From Verrucomicrobiota bacterium (GTDB lineage Bacteria > Verrucomicrobiota > Lentisphaeria > Lentisphaerales > Lentisphaeraceae), in contig JBDKFG010000001.1 in assembly GCA_039798785.1 (NCBI GenBank), forward strand, positions 96,001 to 160,000: a stretch of DNA of 64,000 bases, read 5' to 3'. Positions 58,297-64,000 of the stretch are shown here, piece after piece. How positions within the stretch are numbered: position 1 is the first letter of the stretch; each line of letters begins with the position of its first letter. Made by a program: the position numbers and the translations under genes. A model generated the notes under the pieces. The model ran no database searches. It saw only the letters and a list, made by a program, of their open reading frames with translations, and had not been told where the DNA came from.

Positions 58297-60183
58297 TCAG
58301 CGGTTGCGAGCAGCCTTTGGCGGCGGCGCCAGGGGGATGCCTTCGGGGCCGTAGGCCGGCGGCAGCGCCGAGAGGGCCTTGGCGTCGGCGGCTGCTTTTT
58401 TCGGGTCGATGACGATCTCGTGGGTCGGCTCGGCGTTCATGTAGCGCAGGGTTTTGTCGGCGATGCGGGAGAAGCTCGGGGCGCAGGTCTGGCCGCCGTA
58501 GTAGCCGAGCGACTTCACCGGTTCGTCGACGATGATGACGAGGACGAATTTCGGATCGTCGGCGGGGACGTAGCCGATGAAGGAGGAGATGTACTTGCGG
58601 TCGGAGAAGTAGGCCTTCTGGATGACTTTTTTGGTCTGGGGGTCGATCACCGCCGGCTCGAGTTTTTGAGCTGTGCCGGTCTTGCCGGCGACTTCGTAGC
58701 CGGGGACGGCGGCCTTGGGGGCGGTGCCGTCCTTGGTGGTGACCCACTTTAATCCCTGGGTCACGGCGACGGCGCTTTTTTCGCTGCAGGCGTGGCGTTT
58801 GAAGGTCGGGGGGAAATTCTGGACCTCGCCGCTGACCGGATCGACGATGCGATCGACGAGGCGGAGCTGCATCATCCGGCCCTTGTTGGCGAGGGCGCAG
58901 TAGGCGTTGAGCATCTGGGCGGCGGTGACGGTGAAGGTCTGGCCGATGGGGTAGCGGGCGATGGTCAGGCCGTCATATTTCGGGTAGCGGACCATCAGGC
59001 CGCGGGATTCGGTGCCGAGGCCGATGCCGGTCTTCTCGTTGAAGCCCCAGGTGGCCAGGCCCTGGTCGAAGATCCTCTTGGTCTTTTCCAGGTCGGGATC
59101 GATGTCGAGGACGGTTTTGACTGTGCCGATGTTGGAGGAGTGCATCAGGATTTCGCGGACGGAGAGGTCTCCGTAGCTGTGGCCGGCGTCGCGGAGGATC
59201 TTTCCGGCGTAGAACCAATTGCCTTTTTCGCAGTAGTAATGCCGGTTGAGATTGAGGGCGGGATTGGCGTCGAAGGCGATGGCGACGGAGAAGGCTTTCA
59301 TGGTAGAGCCGGCGTCGAAGCTGTCTTCGAGGAGGCGGAGGCGGTAATTGTCGGGATGCATCGAGGAGCGGTCGTTGGCGTCGAAGGAGGGGTATTGGGC
59401 GAAGGCGAGGATGGCGCCGGTCTTGGGATCGGCCATGGCGGCGTAGACCGACTTGCACTGGAATTTTTCGACCACGGCCTGCAATTCCTCCTCGACGATG
59501 GCCTGGATGGGCTCCTGGATGGTGAGATAGATGTCCTTGCCGTTGGCCGGGGGGATCTCCTTGACTTCGTTGAGCTTCTGGTTCCTGGCGCTTTTTTCGA
59601 ATACCACCTTGCCGTCAACCGGCTGGAGATTTTTGTCGTAGGCTTTTTCGACGCCTTGGACGCCGTGTTCGGTGTTGTCGAGGAATCCGAGGGCGTTGGC
59701 GGCGCAGCGGCCTTTCGGATAGGTTCGGATCTCGATCTTCTCAAAGCGCAGGCCGCGCAGCCGCAGTGCCAGGAGCTTTTCCGCGGCATCGAGATCGATC
59801 TTGTCGGCGGCGACGATCTCGACCTTGCCGGAGTCGAAGCGGGCCTTCAGCACCGCCGGGTCGACCTTGCAGATCTCGATCAGCTTCTCCATGATCTCCT
59901 GGCGCAGGTCGACGCCTTTTCTCTGCATGTGGCGGGGGGTGGCGATGATGCGGTAGCTGACCTTGCTCATCGCCAGCAGGTTGGGTGACGGGGAGCCGTC
60001 GTAAATCCGGCCGCGGCAGCCGGGAAGCTTCCTCGCGGCGGTGTAGGTGGCCTTGGCCTTGGCGTGCAGCTCTTCATGGCGGTGGGTCATCAGGTAGCCA
60101 TAGCGGCAGGCGAGGCCGCTGAAGATGAAAAAGGCGAGCAGCCCGAGGAGGGCTGCCCGCGTCGTCGCCGCATTCCGGTTCAT
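58297..60183 (-). CDS. ftsI: Class B penicillin-binding protein (FtsI/PBP3)
   Basis: N-terminal TM, RGRIYD, R.YP, G.EK, SxxK (GSTMK), SxN (SSN) and KTG. Position after mraZ-rsmH-ftsL. Confidence 0.9.
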   Translation of the reverse strand: MNRNAATTRAALLGLLAFFIFSGLACRYGYLMTHRHEELHAKAKATYTAARKLPGCRGRIYDGSPSPNLLAMSKVSYRIIATPRHMQRKGVDLRQEIMEKLIEICKVDPAVLKARFDSGKVEIVAADKIDLDAAEKLLALRLRGLRFEKIEIRTYPKGRCAANALGFLDNTEHGVQGVEKAYDKNLQPVDGKVVFEKSARNQKLNEVKEIPPANGKDIYLTIQEPIQAIVEEELQAVVEKFQCKSVYAAMADPKTGAILAFAQYPSFDANDRSSMHPDNYRLRLLEDSFDAGSTMKAFSVAIAFDANPALNLNRHYYCEKGNWFYAGKILRDAGHSYGDLSVREILMHSSNIGTVKTVLDIDPDLEKTKRIFDQGLATWGFNEKTGIGLGTESRGLMVRYPKYDGLTIARYPIGQTFTVTAAQMLNAYCALANKGRMMQLRLVDRIVDPVSGEVQNFPPTFKRHACSEKSAVAVTQGLKWVTTKDGTAPKAAVPGYEVAGKTGTAQKLEPAVIDPQTKKVIQKAYFSDRKYISSFIGYVPADDPKFVLVIIVDEPVKSLGYYGGQTCAPSFSRIADKTLRYMNAEPTHEIVIDPKKAAADAKALSALPPAYGPEGIPLAPPPKAARNR

Positions 60184-60192
60184 GCAAGGACC

Positions 60193-60654
60193 TCAGCGGC
60201 TGGTGACGAGATTCCGGGTGGGACGGACCGCGGCCATTTCTCGGCTTTCGCCGCGGCCGGAGCGCGAGCCTTTGTCGAGGTGCTTGATATGGCGGACCTG
60301 GCCAGGTTGCGCCGGGCGCAGGTCGGAGAGGCTGGCCTGGAGGCGGCCGACGATGTAGCTGCGCTGGGTCTTTTCCTCGAGCTGGGCGGCGAGGTTGACC
60401 AGGCTGTCCTGCGAGTGGTTCAGCTTTGCGGTCTGGTTGTCGATGTCGTTGCGCAGCTTTTTGTTGCCGTGGTCGAGAGTGACGAACAGGATGGCGAGGG
60501 CGGCGGCCCAGACTACCAGTCCGAGGTAGCCCCAGCTGCCGCCGTGCGCGGCCTTGCGGGCTTCGCGAAGCTCCTCTTCGCGTTTCAGTTTCATCGTCTG
60601 CATCTTCTTGATGCTCTGGGTCGGGATGCCGACGGTCATGGTGTTCTTGAGCAT
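60193..60654 (-). CDS. FtsL-like cell division protein
   Basis: One TM helix followed by a coiled coil, in the ftsL position between rsmH and ftsI. Confidence 0.65.
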   Translation of the reverse strand: MLKNTMTVGIPTQSIKKMQTMKLKREEELREARKAAHGGSWGYLGLVVWAAALAILFVTLDHGNKKLRNDIDNQTAKLNHSQDSLVNLAAQLEEKTQRSYIVGRLQASLSDLRPAQPGQVRHIKHLDKGSRSGRGESREMAAVRPTRNLVTSR

Positions 60655-60672
60655 GGGGGTGATCCTGGTTTT

Positions 60673-61707
60673 TTATCGTTTAAAGCGGCGAGAAGATTTG
60701 GCGGGCGCGTCGTTTTCGAAGTCGTTCTTCAGCCGGGGGCCCGGCCCCGGCGAACTTCGCGACCAGCGCAGGCGTTTGGCGGCGCGGAGCTTGGCGCAGC
60801 CGGAGCGGCTGTTCCCCTGCAGCTCGTCGTCGCTGGCCTCGACCACCTTGCGGGTGATCAGCTCCATCTCGGCGATCTTGCCGCAGCAGCACACCGGGAA
60901 TTGCGGCGGGCAGGTGCAGGCGCTGGCCTTGTCGCGAAAGAATTCCTTGACGATGCGGTCTTCGAGGGAGTGGAAGCTGATGACGCAGAGGCGGCCGCCG
61001 TCGGCGAGGAGTTCGTGGGCGGCTTCAAGAGCGGCGCGAAGAGCTTCCAGCTCGCCGTTGACGGCTATGCGAAGAGCTTGGAAGCAGCGCGTTGGCGCGG
61101 GAGGAGAGGTCCGCCTTCCGCGGCCCACGACGGAATCAGCCAGCTCTGCGAGTTCGCGGGTGCGGGAGAAGGGTTTCTCCTCGCGTTGCTTGACGATGGC
61201 GTGGGCAAGCCGGCGGGCTTCGCGTTCTTCGCCGTAGTCGCGGAAGATGCGTTCGAGTTCATCCTGGCTCTCCGTGTTGAGGATGTTGGCGGCTGTGCGG
61301 CGGAGCCGGCGGTCCATCCTCATGTCGAGGGGGCCGTCCTGGCGGAAGCTGAAGCCGCGTTCAGCTTCATCGAGGTGGTGCGAGCTGACGCCGATGTCCA
61401 TCAGGATGCCGTCGACGCTGCCGGGGCCCCATTCGGCTTCGCCAAGGAGGGATCCGAGTTCGCGGAAGTTGAGGCGGCGGGCGCTGAAGCGCTTGCCGAA
61501 GCGGGCGCTCAGACGCGTCTCGGTCGCTTCCAAGGCCTTTTCGTCGCAGTCGAGACCGAGCAGGGTGCAGTCCGGCGCCGCTTCGAGGATGAGGCTGCTG
61601 TGGCCGCCGCCCCCGAGGGTGCAGTCGATGTAGCGTCCGCCGGGCTTCGGAGCCAAGGCTTCGAGGGTTTCCTTGGGGAGCACGGCGATGTGGTGGAAGT
61701 CGCTCAT
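60673..61707 (-). CDS. rsmH: 16S rRNA m4C1402 methyltransferase
   Basis: H..VL, DCTLGGGGHS, DIGVSS, RGFSF..GPLDMRMD, FQALRIAVN, ISFHSLEDRIVK. Confidence 0.97.
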   Translation of the reverse strand: MSDFHHIAVLPKETLEALAPKPGGRYIDCTLGGGGHSSLILEAAPDCTLLGLDCDEKALEATETRLSARFGKRFSARRLNFRELGSLLGEAEWGPGSVDGILMDIGVSSHHLDEAERGFSFRQDGPLDMRMDRRLRRTAANILNTESQDELERIFRDYGEEREARRLAHAIVKQREEKPFSRTRELAELADSVVGRGRRTSPPAPTRCFQALRIAVNGELEALRAALEAAHELLADGGRLCVISFHSLEDRIVKEFFRDKASACTCPPQFPVCCCGKIAEMELITRKVVEASDDELQGNSRSGCAKLRAAKRLRWSRSSPGPGPRLKNDFENDAPAKSSRRFKR

Positions 61708-62198
61708 CGGCTGATCTCCTTGACCGCGGAGGCGAGACGATCCGCCGGGCCTTGTGAGCCGAGCTGGGACAGGATGGCAAAGGCGTCGTCGATGCCGGCG
61801 GCATCGGTCTGCTGCGCCTCCCAGTTCTCCTTCGACCAGATCTGGATCTCCTTGATCGCTCCGACCAGGACCGCGCCGTCGATGATGCCGGCGTGATCCT
61901 TGAGCTTGGGATTGAGGGCGATGCGGCCTTGCTTGTCGCACACCGCCCGCTGCATCTGAGAGCCAAGGATGGCCAAGGCGCGCTGCGCCTTGGGATCCAT
62001 CATCGCCCCCTTGGTCACGGTCTCCATCATCTCGCGGAAACCTGCCTCGTTGAGGACGCGCAAAGTCTTGTTCGGGCTCGGCATCAGGTAGAAAACGTCG
62101 CCTTCTCCGCTCCGCCAGTCGCGCGGTATGGCGATACGACGCTGCGAGTCCACGCTGTACGCGAACTCGCCGGTGTATCCCATGAAGAAGTCGTTCAC
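61704..62198 (-). CDS. mraZ: Division/cell wall cluster transcriptional repressor MraZ
   Basis: Two AbrB-like repeats (VDSQRRIAIP and CDKQGRIAL), VG..IQIW. Overlaps the rsmH start. Start is GTG 62198 or ATG 62183. Confidence 0.92.
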   Translation of the reverse strand: MNDFFMGYTGEFAYSVDSQRRIAIPRDWRSGEGDVFYLMPSPNKTLRVLNEAGFREMMETVTKGAMMDPKAQRALAILGSQMQRAVCDKQGRIALNPKLKDHAGIIDGAVLVGAIKEIQIWSKENWEAQQTDAAGIDDAFAILSQLGSQGPADRLASAVKEISR

Positions 62199-62269
62199 CT
62201 AATCGTTCCTTTAGCCACCTGATGGCCCCTAACTTCCCCTATTCTACCCTTTCGCTACCTGAAGCGCAA
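62191..62269 (-). promoter_or_regulatory. mraZ promoter (TTGCGC-N17-TAGAAT) overlaid by seven AGG repeats at 10-nt spacing, a candidate MraZ-binding array
   Basis: Seven consecutive 10-nt blocks from 62191 to 62260 each end in CCT on the plus strand. Confidence 0.75.
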
Positions 62270-62406
62270 GCCGTCCCGGAGACTTTTTTGTCGTCGCAAA
62301 AGCTTGATTTTGAGCTTGGCGAGAGCCATTCAGGGGAAAAAAGGGGAAGCCAGGAGGGGGTCCCCCTGGTCTTCCCTAAGCTCCCCTGCCGACTTTTGGC
62401 GGGACG

Positions 62407-62440
62407 GAAAAGCCGCGCCTTTTTCAAGGCGCGGCTATTT
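62407..62440 (-). terminator. Rho-independent terminator after rsmI
   Basis: AGCCGCGCCTT..AAGGCGCGGCT followed by TTT on the minus strand. Confidence 0.72.
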
Positions 62441-62457
62441 CAGCAGTGGTTGCGGTT

Positions 62458-63195
62458 TTAATCCGGGCTGGGACTCTCGTCACCATCCTCGTCATCTCCG
62501 GGGAGTGATTCTCCGCCGGCGGAGCGCATGTCGACGCCGACGACGATTTCGCCGAGCCATTTGCGGGTCTTGCCGGCAGCAGCGAGTTCTCCGGCGGGAC
62601 CGCGGATGACTTCTTCGAAGACCTTGGTGGCCTCGCGGATGACCGCGACCGGGGTGTCTGCGCCGCAGACTTCGGCGATTTCCCCGAGGAGCTTGGCGAT
62701 GCGGTGCGGCGACTCGAAGATGAAGGTGGTCGAGCCGACGTCCCGCCATTTTTCCAAGGTTTTGCGGCGGCGTCCGCTTTTCACCGGCAGGAAACCGATG
62801 AAGGAGAAGGTGTCCACCGGCAGTCCCGATGCGACGGCGGCAAAGGTGAGAGACGAGACGCCGGGGACGACGATGGGTTCGATGCCGCGTTTGACGGCTT
62901 CCCTGACGACGAGGAAGCCTGGGTCGGCGATGGCGGGTGTGCCGGCGTCGCAGACCAGGGCGACCTTTTTTCCCGACTCGACCTGGTCGAGGAGCCACGA
63001 GGTCTTGCCGTGTTCGTTGTGCATGTGATAGGCGCTGAGCGGTTTACTCAGGCCGAGGTGCTTGAGCAGGATGCCGGCACGCCGGGTGTCTTCGGCGGCG
63101 ACCAGGTCGCAGTCAGCCAGCACCTTGCCGGCGCGGATGGTCAGGTCGTCGAGATTGCCGATCGGGGTGGAGACAAGGGAGAGGCTGCCGGACAT
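62458..63195 (-). CDS. rsmI: 16S rRNA Cm1402 2'-O-methyltransferase
   Basis: VSTPIGNLDD.T.RA, AEDTR, DAGTPAIADPG, PG.S, F.GFLP, FESPHR, RE.TK.FEE. Confidence 0.96.
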   Translation of the reverse strand: MSGSLSLVSTPIGNLDDLTIRAGKVLADCDLVAAEDTRRAGILLKHLGLSKPLSAYHMHNEHGKTSWLLDQVESGKKVALVCDAGTPAIADPGFLVVREAVKRGIEPIVVPGVSSLTFAAVASGLPVDTFSFIGFLPVKSGRRRKTLEKWRDVGSTTFIFESPHRIAKLLGEIAEVCGADTPVAVIREATKVFEEVIRGPAGELAAAGKTRKWLGEIVVGVDMRSAGGESLPGDDEDGDESPSPD

Positions 63196-63436
63196 GTGTG
63201 ATTCCTCGTTTGTTGACGGCCGAGAATATGGCGGTGATTGCCACTTGCGCGCAGGCATCGCCGCGGCCGCCGCGGCTTGAGGCTGACGAAGAAAAGCAGC
63301 TGTGAGGGAGGATGGGAAATGTTACGGGCTTGGCGTCGTATGACATGATTGATTCGGTGAAATGACGCAAAAGCCCGCGGATTAGCGTTTGTACGGGTGC
63401 TGATGAATTAAAGAAATCAATTTCTGGGAGAGCGAA

Positions 63437-64000
63437 ATGAAAACCTGGATTCTGGTCTGTCTGAGCTTCTGTCTTTGCTGCGCCCTCTCTGCTGCGGAAT
63501 CCCCAGATGCCAAGGTGTGGGAAGAGACGATCAAGCCGATCAAAAAAGCGATGCGCGAAAACAAGGTCAATGCCTTGAAGGATTTGCAGACTGAGGACCA
63601 CCCCCTCTCAGCGTCCTTCCTGCTCGGCGTCCTGGCTGACCGAGATCTCAGTTATCGCGGCGAGGCGGTGAACCTCCTGGCTTCCTACAAAAGCGCGGAA
63701 GTGCATCAATTCCTGGTCCAGCATCTGAAAAGGAACACCTCGAACCTGAAGCCGGCGCAGATTTTCGCCTTGGTCAATCTCGATCTCGTCGAGTCCTGCG
63801 ACGTCTTTGCCCGCCTCGCCGGCGGCAGCAACGAAGCCTTGGCCATCGGGGCCTTGAAAGCCTTGTCCCGGCTCAGCAAGGTTGACCCTGCCGCGGTTCC
63901 GGCGATGAGCGGCAAGCTGGCCGCCCGCAATTCCTACAGCTTGCGCCGCGCCGCAATCGAGGCCTTGGGCAATGCCGAATGCGAGGCCGCCTTCCTGGCC
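63437..64000 (+). CDS. Exported HEAT-repeat-like protein, 3'-truncated by the window edge
   Basis: My translation (not in the ORF track because it has no stop): MKTWILVCLSFCLCCALSAA... with helical repeats YRGEAVNLL, AIGALKALS and LRRAAIEALG. Open to base 64000. Confidence 0.72.
   Translation, partial: MKTWILVCLSFCLCCALSAAESPDAKVWEETIKPIKKAMRENKVNALKDLQTEDHPLSASFLLGVLADRDLSYRGEAVNLLASYKSAEVHQFLVQHLKRNTSNLKPAQIFALVNLDLVESCDVFARLAGGSNEALAIGALKALSRLSKVDPAAVPAMSGKLAARNSYSLRRAAIEALGNAECEAAFLA

Overview
GC-rich bacterial chromosome segment, probably from the PVC superphylum. The taxonomic call is an inference from a PVC-style cytochrome c/PA14/beta-propeller protein and from NHL and SMP-30 propellers. 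About 58 genes can be supported, mostly housekeeping: pyk, murA, hemA, hemC, engB, thiI, a UvrD-family helicase, rpmH-rnpA-yidD-yidC-jag, thrC, cinA, gpmI, slyD, rho, kdsD, ispE, rsmI and a short mraZ-rsmH-ftsL-ftsI cluster. I found no rRNA, tRNA, CRISPR array, integrase or transposase. The most unusual observations are: (1) a PilB/GspE ATPase with a pseudo-receiver domain inserted between the two CxxC pairs of its zinc motif; (2) seven AGG repeats at exact 10-nt spacing across the mraZ promoter and start codon; (3) a WYL regulator divergent from a small unknown gene, with a palindromic operator between them; (4) two paralogous RTX-like glycine/aspartate repeat proteins, one downstream of an orphan CheY-CheC pair; (5) an AT-rich islet of two unknown genes resembling orphan immunity genes; and (6) two families of dispersed intergenic repeats. 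All calls come from reading motifs by eye; no database search was run.
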